A DNA stretch of 31,766 nucleotides from an uncultured Oligoflexus sp. (GTDB lineage Bacteria; Bdellovibrionota_B; Oligoflexia; Oligoflexales; Oligoflexaceae). The first letter of the stretch is position 1. The number at the start of each line of letters is the position of its first letter. Positions 18,054 through 26,915 of this stretch are shown here, in pieces. The notes under the pieces are model-generated. The model was not told where the DNA came from, ran no database searches, and saw only the letters and a list, made by a program, of their open reading frames with translations. A program made the position numbers and the translations under genes. The stretch lies in the NCBI GenBank assembly GCA_964236955.1, contig CAXSGP010000053.1, positions 1-31,766 of the forward strand, written 5' to 3'.

Positions 18054-18281
18054 GTGGCTGAACTCCTGCAAGTGCCAGCACCGAGGCGGACGAGTGGCTT
18101 GGCTTAGAAAGCATCTCATCAAGACGATCGAGGCGATAATCGTGGGGCGACCCCTCAATTTTGGGACCATCCTTCTGAGCGCCGGCAATGCCTCCGCCTT
18201 GATCCCCTCTTTGGGATAGCTTCAAGTATTTTTTCACAAAAACCGGCACTTAGGAAGAAGCTACGCAATTGAGGGGTGGCC
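18054..18281 (-). promoter_or_regulatory. Structured 5' leader of the ovoA operon (candidate cis-regulatory RNA)
   Basis: 18190-18203 pairs with 18118-18134 or alternatively 18084-18090; 14/15 inverted repeat between 18146-18160 and 18267-18281. Confidence 0.35.
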
Positions 18282-18536
18282 AGGGCTTGCTTAATAAAAT
18301 TAAAATTTAGATATCAGGACCTTATAAGTGAATTTAAACGAAGCTTGACTGACAAGGCCCTCATTATGAATTTTATTTAATAAAATCTAAGACTTAGTCC
18401 AGAAATCCCACCTTGAACCGAAAAATCAGCGAAAGATAGGGAAGGCGAAATTACTAGCCTTGCCCTCGACTCCGTTATTTAGACTTTCGTATCCTTGGTG
18501 TAGGATTCGCGCAAACAACGCGGAAGGAAGAGGTCC

Positions 18537-19217
18537 ATGTCGAGTTCAATGTTTGCCGATTTCGTTCTCCAAAATGAAGTCATCGGTTTTTTTGATCAAC
18601 CCATTACGCTGAAAAGTGGCCGCCAAAGTCATTTTTACGTCAATTGGCGCCGAGCAAGTAATGATGCCTTCCTACTCGACACCCTGACTGACTTTCTCGC
18701 CGACTTTATTGAGGATCAGGAATTACCCTGTGAAACATTGTATGGAGTGCCCGAAGGAGCCACAAAGACTGCAGTCATTGCGGCCTTTAAACTTGCCAAA
18801 CGTTCGCCCCATTATAAAATGGGTTCTCATACCATATCCATGGGACGTGCCAAACCCAAGCCTCATGGTGATCCTGCGGATCGATTTTTCATCGGCGCTC
18901 CAAAGGCCGGGGTTTTCATCCTTGAAGATACAGTTACGACAGGCCTGTCCCTTTTTCAGTGTTTGGATCAGCTGGTGGAGGCCGGCATCTCCGTAAAAGG
19001 TGTTATAGCGCTCACCGATCGTTGTGAAATGCGTGATGACGGCTTCACCGCCGCCCAGTATCTGCAAAAGCATTATGAAGGGAAGATCAGCTATCATCCC
19101 TTGAGTCGCGCTCCAGACTTACTCGCTAAGGCGATCAAACAACAAAAACCGCCCTTGGCTATCATTCAGGCCTTGGCCCACGAATTGAATCTGAGCGTCG
19201 AACAGTTGGGAGCCTGA
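18537..19217 (+). CDS. pyrE: Orotate phosphoribosyltransferase
   Basis: TLKSGRQSHFY, GVPEGA, RAKPKPHG, PRPP-binding ILEDTVTTGLS. Confidence 0.9.
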   Translation: MSSSMFADFVLQNEVIGFFDQPITLKSGRQSHFYVNWRRASNDAFLLDTLTDFLADFIEDQELPCETLYGVPEGATKTAVIAAFKLAKRSPHYKMGSHTISMGRAKPKPHGDPADRFFIGAPKAGVFILEDTVTTGLSLFQCLDQLVEAGISVKGVIALTDRCEMRDDGFTAAQYLQKHYEGKISYHPLSRAPDLLAKAIKQQKPPLAIIQALAHELNLSVEQLGA

Positions 19218-19220
19218 ACT

Positions 19221-20024
19221 TTGAATACGCAATCGAAGAATTTTCGTAAGCTCTGGGCTGAGGCTGTCAGTCATAAATCCAGTCTACTCTGCGTGGGCAT
19301 TGACGCGGCCGAAGCCGGCCAACGGACAAGCAGCTCCGTACCGGCCCATACCAGCAAGCTGGAATGGACTCTAGACATTATCGATAAGATTGCCCCTTAC
19401 GCAGCTGCGGTCAAAATCAACCGAAATTATTATAAAGACCTATCGCGCGCCGAGATGCGGACGATTACCGGCCGCATTCGTCAGCACGGCATGCTTAGCA
19501 TCGACGATAGCAAACTCGCCGATATCGGTGACACCAATGCTGCCGCCATTTATCACGCGGCCCAGGAAGGCTACGATGCGCTCACCTATGCGCCGTTTCC
19601 GGGCAATGCCTTGCAAGCGGCGGAGCAGGCCAGGCAGCAAAACATAGGCCTCATCATGCTCGTGCTGATGTCCAATCCCGAATTCAAACTCATGAAAAAG
19701 GCACAGATCGAAGGTCAGGATTTCTACCTCTACCTTGCCGAGCAAGCCGCCCAAGGCGATGTCGATGGTGTGGTTATTGGGGCGCCCAGTGCCACCAACC
19801 ATATTCAGGCAAACGAGCTTGATGGTATAGCAAAGCGTTTGGGTTCGGCAACGATTCTGGTCCCGGGAATAGGAGCGCAGGGTGGGGAAATCGGGCCGAT
19901 ACTTCAGCGCTTTGGCAAACGGACTATAGTCAATGTCGGGAGGGCGATAATCTATGCGGCCGATCCCGCTGCCGAAGCCAGGCATTATCGCGATCAAATT
20001 CAGAAAGAACTCGCTCGGTCCTAA
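19221..20024 (+). CDS. pyrF: Orotidine-5'-phosphate decarboxylase
   Basis: LCVGID, KIN, DSKLADIGDT (DxKxxD), MSNP, VPGIGAQGG, NVGRAI; TTG start 3 nt after pyrE. Confidence 0.92.
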   Translation: MNTQSKNFRKLWAEAVSHKSSLLCVGIDAAEAGQRTSSSVPAHTSKLEWTLDIIDKIAPYAAAVKINRNYYKDLSRAEMRTITGRIRQHGMLSIDDSKLADIGDTNAAAIYHAAQEGYDALTYAPFPGNALQAAEQARQQNIGLIMLVLMSNPEFKLMKKAQIEGQDFYLYLAEQAAQGDVDGVVIGAPSATNHIQANELDGIAKRLGSATILVPGIGAQGGEIGPILQRFGKRTIVNVGRAIIYAADPAAEARHYRDQIQKELARS

Positions 20025-20107
20025 CCTGTCGATCTCTGTGCCGTTCCTGAATCCGCTTGCAAGCCTCCCGATGAGGCCTTACCAAGCTTCTCAAGGAGAA
20101 AGCTCTT

Positions 20108-21868
20108 ATGACCCGCACCCTAGACAAACTCCCCTCTCACCTGCGACCCTACGTCAGTGAGCATGATTACAGCAAGTATACGGCACGCGATCAAGCGGCC
20201 TGGCGCTATATCATGCGTCAAAGCCAGGATTTTTTCCGAGATCATGCGGTGGCATCCTACCAGGATGGCTTTAAGAAAAGCGGGCTTCAAGTCGATCGCA
20301 TCCCCCATATCGATGACATTGATAAAGCGATGCAGGAAGTCGGCTGGGGTGCTGTGCCGGTCGTTGGATTTATTGCACCCTGGGCCTTTATCGAATTTCA
20401 AGCACGCAAAATCCTGCCTATCGCCACCGATATGAGGACGGTGGATCATATCGCTTATACACCAGCTCCTGATATCGTTCATGAGGCGGCAGGCCATGCC
20501 CCTATTATTCCGGACAAGGAATACAGCGATTATCTGGCTTTTTACGCTTCCCTTGGCACCAAGGCGCTTTATTCCAAAGAAGATCTGATGGTGTACGAAG
20601 CCGTGCGTTATCTGTCCGATATCAAGGAAAAGCCGGAGAGCACGCCTGCCGTGATCCTTGCTGCTGAAACGAGGCTAAAGGAAGTGCTGGCAGGTTTTAC
20701 CTTTATCTCCGAGCAAACCCTCGTGGCACGCATGAGCTGGTGGACTGCAGAATATGGATTATCGGGATCATTGAAAAACCCGAAGATCTATGGTGCCGGC
20801 CTCTTATCAAGCATAGGCGAAGCTAAGCTTTGTTTGACCGACAGGGTAAAAAAGATTCCGTTCAGCATCGAATGCATCCAATATTCCTATAACATTACCG
20901 AGCCGCAGCCGCAGCTCTTCGTAGCGGAGGATATGCATCATCTCACTCATGTGCTGCATGAACTCAATGCTTTGCTGGCCTTCAATCGCGGCGGCGAAGA
21001 GTCTTTGCGGAAGCTGTTCGAGAGTCGGGCGATAGGCACGGTGTGTCTCGACACGGGCGCCTGTCTATCGGGGGTCCTTCAGGCCTTTGAATCAACTGGC
21101 AAGCGTATCGATTTCATGAAATTTTCCGGACCCGTTCAGCTTTGTATGGGTGACAGGCAGATCAAAGGTCATGGCCTCGAGCGGCACGGGGAGGGCTTTA
21201 GCACGCCTTTGGGTCGACTTAAAGCCAAGCCAGAGCAAAAGATCGCCCACATGGACGATCAGACTCTCAAGGGTCTGGGGGTGGAAGAGGGCAAGCTCAC
21301 GCATTTGACATTTGAATCGGGATTTGAAGTCAAGGGTAGGCTTCAGCAAATCCTGCGCATCGAAGGCAAGGTCATACTCATGACTTTCACGGACTGCCGG
21401 GTTTCCAAAGGTCCCAAGACTTATTTTGAACCGAGCTGGGGTGAATTCGATATGCTGATCGGTGATGAAGTTCCCTCGGTTTATGGAGGGCCTGCCGATC
21501 GCGAGAGTTTTGGTGAGCATGAGATTTCTGAACCCGAAACCACTCCTGCAAGGGAGTCACCCTTCAGTGCTTTTGAGATCAATAACTTCAAGCGTTATGA
21601 AAAACTGCGTGGATTGCGGACAGCCCTGGCTCAAAAGCCTGGCGATGCCGTAAGGATCAACGAACTGATTACGCTTGGCGAAGAAACCTACGGGCAGGCC
21701 AAGGACGAATGGCTATTGATGATGGAGGTTTATGAGCTGGGGCGTGAGCAAAAGCTGGATGGTGCCTGGATGAAGCAGATCAAGCTAGAACTCGATACAA
21801 AAAAGAATCAGACCTTAAATCAGGATATTTCTAACCTGATTCGCGACGGTCTTCGACTCATTCCTTGA
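20108..21868 (+). CDS. phhA: Pterin-dependent aromatic amino acid hydroxylase (long-form phenylalanine 4-monooxygenase)
   Basis: YTPAPDIVHEAAGH iron ligands, WWTAEYGL, IYGAGLLSSIGE, PQPQLFV, plus C-terminal extension; AAGGAG RBS. Confidence 0.85.
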   Translation: MTRTLDKLPSHLRPYVSEHDYSKYTARDQAAWRYIMRQSQDFFRDHAVASYQDGFKKSGLQVDRIPHIDDIDKAMQEVGWGAVPVVGFIAPWAFIEFQARKILPIATDMRTVDHIAYTPAPDIVHEAAGHAPIIPDKEYSDYLAFYASLGTKALYSKEDLMVYEAVRYLSDIKEKPESTPAVILAAETRLKEVLAGFTFISEQTLVARMSWWTAEYGLSGSLKNPKIYGAGLLSSIGEAKLCLTDRVKKIPFSIECIQYSYNITEPQPQLFVAEDMHHLTHVLHELNALLAFNRGGEESLRKLFESRAIGTVCLDTGACLSGVLQAFESTGKRIDFMKFSGPVQLCMGDRQIKGHGLERHGEGFSTPLGRLKAKPEQKIAHMDDQTLKGLGVEEGKLTHLTFESGFEVKGRLQQILRIEGKVILMTFTDCRVSKGPKTYFEPSWGEFDMLIGDEVPSVYGGPADRESFGEHEISEPETTPARESPFSAFEINNFKRYEKLRGLRTALAQKPGDAVRINELITLGEETYGQAKDEWLLMMEVYELGREQKLDGAWMKQIKLELDTKKNQTLNQDISNLIRDGLRLIP

Positions 21869-22196
21869 TAGTCCTTTCAGTCTTGTGCCCTTTTAAATAT
21901 GGAGCCGTTACCAATGAGGACTGAAGGAAGCCAGAAGCCAATAGAAATAAAGCAGCGCGAATGGATTCGAAGCGGTTTCTTTCCCTGGCATGGCTTCGAA
22001 AGAAACTTAAAAATTCAAGAACTTATAGGCTCCCGGATGATTCTGGAAGCCTATTTTTATGGGGAAGACGATGACGGGGATCTAAAAGCTCAGTCAACTT
22101 CCCATAATAAACGCCTCTGGCCTTCGGGATTTGACTTGCGATATCTCTATCAAGGGTGTAAACATGGCGCGTATTCGGCTGTGAAAGGATATTCTG

Positions 22197-23435
22197 ATGC
22201 GCGTTTTAAGCTTTCTGATCCTTGCCCTTAGTCTCGCCTCCGCCCGACTTTCCGCTGAAGAATCCCGTCTCTCGCCCCCATCCGGAGCGATCAGGGATTC
22301 GAAAGCTAAGCTTGGTCTTAACGATGTCTCCATTCTTTTACCCTATCAAAAATTTCCTGGGCTTTTTCAGCAGGCTCCAAAACTCAATGAAATTCCCAAT
22401 CCAGAACTTTTTGCAGCCGGACTGCCAGCCGCCGAGCTTGACGGTCAGGCTTTCGTTAGCGCTGACATTCTTCTGAAGATCGACAGGACGCTTCAAGACG
22501 ATAATAAAAATCTTGACGAACTCAGTGTTTTCTTCCGAATGACGCCCCAGAATTTCTTCGAATATCGTTTGGCGGGAATACGATTCGATCCTTGCGCCAA
22601 TCAGCTTGAGGTCGGCAAAGATGAATCGAAGTGCCGCCATGAGTTTCGACTCGTATGGCAACAACGCGATGTTAAGCGCAATCGCTTTCTCGACAACAAC
22701 ATCCACGCCATCCATCAGATGACGAGCGAGCAATTCCAAGAGATAGTGGCAAGCCTTCGTCAGCTTAAATCGCAGGCTAAGACCGATACCTTGGCCATGG
22801 CCCTTCAGCCGAACCCAACCATCGTTGAAGAAGGTCTTGAGTCCAGCTACTACAAAGGCATCATAGGCCTCGTTCATCGCTATGTTCGCGCCTCCAATCT
22901 TATAGAAGTGGCTTTTCTCGCGGAAACCAATCAGAGCGGTCATTGGCCGATGTTAAAGCTTAAAGCCAATGACGGCGAATTTTCAGCGATCACGATTCCT
23001 GGCACCGAGACCAAGGAAAACGGCAGCAGCTTTTTTGTGCAAAGAATGGATGGCCGATCGACGCTTGATGACCCTATTCCCCTTGGGAATGGAAAAGACA
23101 ATCTTTTCACTGCAGTCGACGATAAGGCTAAATTCGCCAATGCTTTTCGTATCGAAAACCCATTGAAACATTCGGCCCATGAGACAGACTGTGCAGGCTG
23201 TCATCGCGCTTCCCTTGAAAAATTGGAAGCTCTTGAGAAAAACCCAGCTCTCAAAGCTCCGAAAGACGCCTATCGATCCAAATCGCAATCAAATTGGAAC
23301 CTGCAGGCACTCTTCCCAAAAAGCAATGAACAGTCGCTCCAGCTCTTCAGCTACTTTCTTAATGCGGCTGAAATCTCTCCCCGGACGATAAATGAGTCGG
23401 CTGAAGTCGCCGACTTTATCAACAGCCACGATTGA
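22197..23435 (+). CDS. Secreted protein with one CxxCH motif (putative c-type cytochrome)
   Basis: Signal peptide ending LSA; DCAGCH near the C-terminus; additional Cys pair (FDPC...KC); AAGGA RBS. Confidence 0.6.
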   Translation: MRVLSFLILALSLASARLSAEESRLSPPSGAIRDSKAKLGLNDVSILLPYQKFPGLFQQAPKLNEIPNPELFAAGLPAAELDGQAFVSADILLKIDRTLQDDNKNLDELSVFFRMTPQNFFEYRLAGIRFDPCANQLEVGKDESKCRHEFRLVWQQRDVKRNRFLDNNIHAIHQMTSEQFQEIVASLRQLKSQAKTDTLAMALQPNPTIVEEGLESSYYKGIIGLVHRYVRASNLIEVAFLAETNQSGHWPMLKLKANDGEFSAITIPGTETKENGSSFFVQRMDGRSTLDDPIPLGNGKDNLFTAVDDKAKFANAFRIENPLKHSAHETDCAGCHRASLEKLEALEKNPALKAPKDAYRSKSQSNWNLQALFPKSNEQSLQLFSYFLNAAEISPRTINESAEVADFINSHD

Positions 23436-23515
23436 TCCCATAGGATCGATGGCATATGAAATAGCGAAAGAAGGATTTGCGGCAACAGACCGAAGCCGAT
23501 GCCGCCTGCCGATTC

Positions 23516-24451
23516 TTAGCCTATATTGTTATCCCAGTAAGGGGGATTACCAAATTCGTGCTTCAAATGATTCACAAAAAGTTGTGCTTTCACTTCGTGG
23601 GATCGGCCGGGCATTCTAACGGCATGAATTGCCGATTGAATTTTGGCAGGATTTTTGACTTTCTTGGGAAAGATATTGACCAGATGACCGGACTCTAAAA
23701 AATCGCCTACCAGCCAGCTACCAAGGTGAACGATTCCCAGACCGCGCACGGCTGCAATGACAAGCGCCTCAACATCGTCGGAGCGAAAGTTCCCACGAAT
23801 CGCCAGCGGCGCGTTGCGATTGACTCCTTCGAACTGCCAAAGACCATTTGGTGGCGTTCGCGCGGCAATAGTCAAACAGTTATGATTCAAAAGATCTTGA
23901 GGATTTTTTGGAGTACCCTCACGCTCGAGGTAGTCGGGGCTTGCGCATACGAGGCGATGGGTGGGGGCAAGGCGAGTCTTTATGAGATCGCTATCTGTCA
24001 GAACACCAATTCTCAATGCCACATCGATTCGTCTTGCCGCAAGATCCTCATACCTATCGCTCAGTTCTAATTCCAATGCGATCTGAGGATAAAGCTTAAG
24101 AAACTTCGCGAGCGTAGGTACTACATGCTTTCTTCCAAAGGCGGAAGGCGCTGTCACGGTAAGTAGGCCTGTGGGATCCGAGCGAAGGGACGACAATTCA
24201 CTTTTTGCTTCATCCAACTCAGCAATGAGAAGTTGGGCTCTCGGTAAAAACTTTTGACCGGCATCAGTCAAAGTCATCGAACGGGAGTTCCTTTGAAAAA
24301 GTTTGGCGCCAATCTCGGCTTCAAGTTGATCCATCGTCCGGGATATCGAGGAGACAGCCACACGCCGGACACTCGCAACTCGAGAAAAGCTACCAAACTC
24401 TATTACTTCCAGAAATATCTTTAGAAAATCAAGCATGTCTCGCTCCAACAC
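23516..24451 (-). CDS. LysR-family transcriptional regulator (CrgA/DmlR-like)
   Basis: GSFS...SSISR...LE.EIGAKLFQRNSRSMTLTDAG HTH; IDVALRIG, ASPDYL. Alternative start at ATG 24436. Confidence 0.93.
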   Translation of the reverse strand: MLERDMLDFLKIFLEVIEFGSFSRVASVRRVAVSSISRTMDQLEAEIGAKLFQRNSRSMTLTDAGQKFLPRAQLLIAELDEAKSELSSLRSDPTGLLTVTAPSAFGRKHVVPTLAKFLKLYPQIALELELSDRYEDLAARRIDVALRIGVLTDSDLIKTRLAPTHRLVCASPDYLEREGTPKNPQDLLNHNCLTIAARTPPNGLWQFEGVNRNAPLAIRGNFRSDDVEALVIAAVRGLGIVHLGSWLVGDFLESGHLVNIFPKKVKNPAKIQSAIHAVRMPGRSHEVKAQLFVNHLKHEFGNPPYWDNNIG

Positions 24452-24526
24452 CGTTACTTTCCTGTAAACGTGTTGAGCATTATGCCTTAAAGGAGCGCTT
24501 CATGCAAAGTTCGAGCTGTATTGTTC

Positions 24527-25531
24527 TCAATGCATCTGGGTATAGTTTACAGGAATCCATTCATAAGCTTCGCCTTTGGTCCGGAGATGTCCTATTCCGG
24601 GAAATTGCATGTGTGAGGCAGCCACCAGAGTCTTTTCTTCTGCAGCCTTGGTGAATTCTCTTCGACGGGTTTCTGCCGCTAATGTGGCGTCAACATCGAA
24701 AGCAATCGTGACCGAAGGATTATCAAGCTGCACGGCCGCCACATGAATGAGGTCACCAAGTATCAGCATTTTTTGATCTTTGCTCTGGACTAAAAACGAT
24801 GTGTGCCCTTTCGTGTGGCCAAAAGTGGATACCGTGCTGATACCGGGTGAAAGTTCCAATTCCCCGGAAAAATCCTTGTACCTTTCCAATTTAACATAAG
24901 GGTTTATTGATGCGATGGCGCCTTCAAAAAAGCTTTTGGAATCTTGAGGTGCATTGGCTAGGTTTTCTGCACTCAACCAATAGTCCGAATCCAACTTGTT
25001 CGCACGAACAATCGCATTTGCAAAGGCAGGTATTCCATTCGCCATTAAGCCGCCGACATGATCGGGATGAATATGGGTAAGGTAAATCTCATTGACTTGC
25101 GCTGCATCATAGCCAGCTGCCCTGAGATTGATTAGAAGTTTGCCGAGTGTGGGACCGAATAGACTACCGGCGCCGACATCGATAAGTATCAGCTTGGTGC
25201 CGGTGTTAATGAGATAGGCGTTGACCGATGTTTCCAATGGGGCCTTCAGGAAATAGTGGGCGAGGTTCTTTATCGTCTCAATAGGGTCTTGAGAGAGCAG
25301 TTGATCAACAGGCAGTTCCACAGTGCCATCGCTAAGAGCTGTGATTTCGAAGTCTCCCAGCAGCATGCGAAAGAAACCTGGCGCGGGCGTTAGAACCATA
25401 GGTAAAGTATTGCTAGGGGCGGAACTATGGGTATCCCGTTCACTACAGGAATTCAAAGGACTTGCCATCAATATTGATATCGCGGCCGGAACAGTGATGC
25501 GAGCTAATTTTGATAGATTCTTTGTAAACAT
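24527..25531 (-). CDS. MBL-fold hydrolase (methyl-parathion hydrolase/lactonase-like), possible lipoprotein
   Basis: THIHPDHVGG, GHTKGH, GDLIH, ASHMQFPG; N-terminal LNSC. Confidence 0.88.
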   Translation of the reverse strand: MFTKNLSKLARITVPAAISILMASPLNSCSERDTHSSAPSNTLPMVLTPAPGFFRMLLGDFEITALSDGTVELPVDQLLSQDPIETIKNLAHYFLKAPLETSVNAYLINTGTKLILIDVGAGSLFGPTLGKLLINLRAAGYDAAQVNEIYLTHIHPDHVGGLMANGIPAFANAIVRANKLDSDYWLSAENLANAPQDSKSFFEGAIASINPYVKLERYKDFSGELELSPGISTVSTFGHTKGHTSFLVQSKDQKMLILGDLIHVAAVQLDNPSVTIAFDVDATLAAETRRREFTKAAEEKTLVAASHMQFPGIGHLRTKGEAYEWIPVNYTQMH

Positions 25532-25587
25532 AATCAAGTATCCTTGTTAAGACATGGAAATTTCAGGCCAAATCAATCCGCTTTAGC

Positions 25588-26562
25588 TCAAGGCATGCGC
25601 TTGTAGTTAGAAGGTATCCAGAGGAAGCTTTCACCGCTGGATTTTAAATGCCCAAGCCCTGGGAATTGAATGTGCGACGCACCGATCAGGACACCGTCCT
25701 TGGCCGCTTTTTTAAAAATCTCTTTTCTTACCTTTGCCGCTGCCTTCGAATCGGAATCGAAGGCGATCGTCACCAGAGGGTTATCCAGCTGCACTGCAGC
25801 GACATGGATGAGGTCACCGATGAGGAGAAGTTTTTTTCCCTCACTCTCCACCACAAACGATGTATGACCGATCGAATGGCCGGCCGTGCTATTCGTTCTG
25901 ATCCCGGGAACGAGTTCGACTTCGCCTTTAAAGGGTTTATATCTGCCGGAAGCCACGTAGGCTTCCATTGAAGCCATGGCGCCCTGGAAAAAGTTCTTGG
26001 ACCCCTCTGGGGCTTTGTCCAAATTCTGTTTGCTCAGCCAATATTCGGATTCCTTCTGGTCGGCACGAATAATGGCATTAGGAAACGAGACATTACCATT
26101 GGTCATAAGCCCACCCAAATGATCCGGATGCATATGGCTTAAATAGATTTCGTCGATTTGATTTGGCTCATATCCTGACGCTTTGAGGTTACTCAGGAGC
26201 TTGCCAAGTGTTGGTCCAAATAGTGCGCCAGCGCCCGAATCAATGAGAATGAGCTTGCTTCCTGTGTTGATGAGGTAAGCGTTCACGGAAGTCTCGAGAG
26301 GCGCAGTCAGGTAGGACGTGGAAAGTTTCTTGATAGTTGCCTCAGGTTTATCAGAAAGTAATTTTTCCACGGGAAGATCTATGGTGCCGTCACTAAGCAC
26401 AGTAATTTCAAAGGCTCCCAACATAATTCGATAGTAGCCGGGAGCCTGGGCCTTGACCATAGCGGCGGAAGCATGGGCTACGGGTGAATAGGCCGCAGGC
26501 AACAGGGTTATAGAAACAAGTGCGGAAGCCAATAAGAATTTTTTGAGATCCCTCGATGACAT
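25588..26562 (-). CDS. MBL-fold hydrolase (methyl-parathion hydrolase/lactonase-like), secreted
   Basis: Signal peptide ending AHA; QAPGYYR, SHMHPDHLGG, GHSIGH, GDLIH, ASHIQFPG. Confidence 0.9.
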   Translation of the reverse strand: MSSRDLKKFLLASALVSITLLPAAYSPVAHASAAMVKAQAPGYYRIMLGAFEITVLSDGTIDLPVEKLLSDKPEATIKKLSTSYLTAPLETSVNAYLINTGSKLILIDSGAGALFGPTLGKLLSNLKASGYEPNQIDEIYLSHMHPDHLGGLMTNGNVSFPNAIIRADQKESEYWLSKQNLDKAPEGSKNFFQGAMASMEAYVASGRYKPFKGEVELVPGIRTNSTAGHSIGHTSFVVESEGKKLLLIGDLIHVAAVQLDNPLVTIAFDSDSKAAAKVRKEIFKKAAKDGVLIGASHIQFPGLGHLKSSGESFLWIPSNYKRMP

Positions 26563-26674
26563 CGGCGTTACCTTTCAAGATTGGTTGATGGTTGGAATCT
26601 GAGTTCTTTAACTCAAATCCGATGGAGAGATTATCGGCCTTTGCAAAAATTTATCAATACACTGATTAAGCAAA

Positions 26675-26701
26675 TAATCTTTGCGTTTTATGCAAAGATT
26701 A
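26675..26701. promoter_or_regulatory. LysR-type operator palindrome
   Basis: Perfect 10-bp inverted repeat TAATCTTTGC-N7-GCAAAGATTA containing T-N11-A, about 110 nt upstream of the first MBL gene. Confidence 0.7.
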
Positions 26702-26915
26702 CTTGGGCCTCAAATTGTCTAACTCATTGAGTTCCGCCGCAGAGACCCTGCTTCAACGTTTTGGGTAATAAAAATATTCCGGCCTTCGCCGTGAGGGCTT
26801 GGTCCAGAGAATCCGCTCGTCGAAAGGCTTCTGATTTAACGCAGCAGGGGAAGGGTCTGTTAAATTAATTCTCCAAACGTGTTAGGATGAACGAAATTTA
26901 TCGGGCAAGCTTTAC

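Noticed and set aside
18110..18205. SAM-I riboswitch resemblance (ATCAAG, GGCGGAGG, GATGAG)
   Set aside because: The GCAACC/GGTGC P3 core and the kink-turn/pseudoknot pattern are missing; kept only as an unclassified structured leader.
18043..18249. 68-aa ORF overlapping the ovoA start as a leader peptide, and the 45-aa TTG extension of OvoA
   Set aside because: Neither start has an RBS, and there is no His/Cys codon run typical of attenuator peptides; ATG 18053 has AGGAG.
21899..22231. 110-aa ORF between phhA and the CxxCH gene
   Set aside because: No RBS, no motif, and it overlaps the better-supported 22197 gene.
23484..26861. 8-bp inverted match AACAGACC/GGTCTGTT flanking the LysR-MBL cassette as transposon ends
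   Set aside because: Too short to exceed chance; no transposase or target-site duplication.
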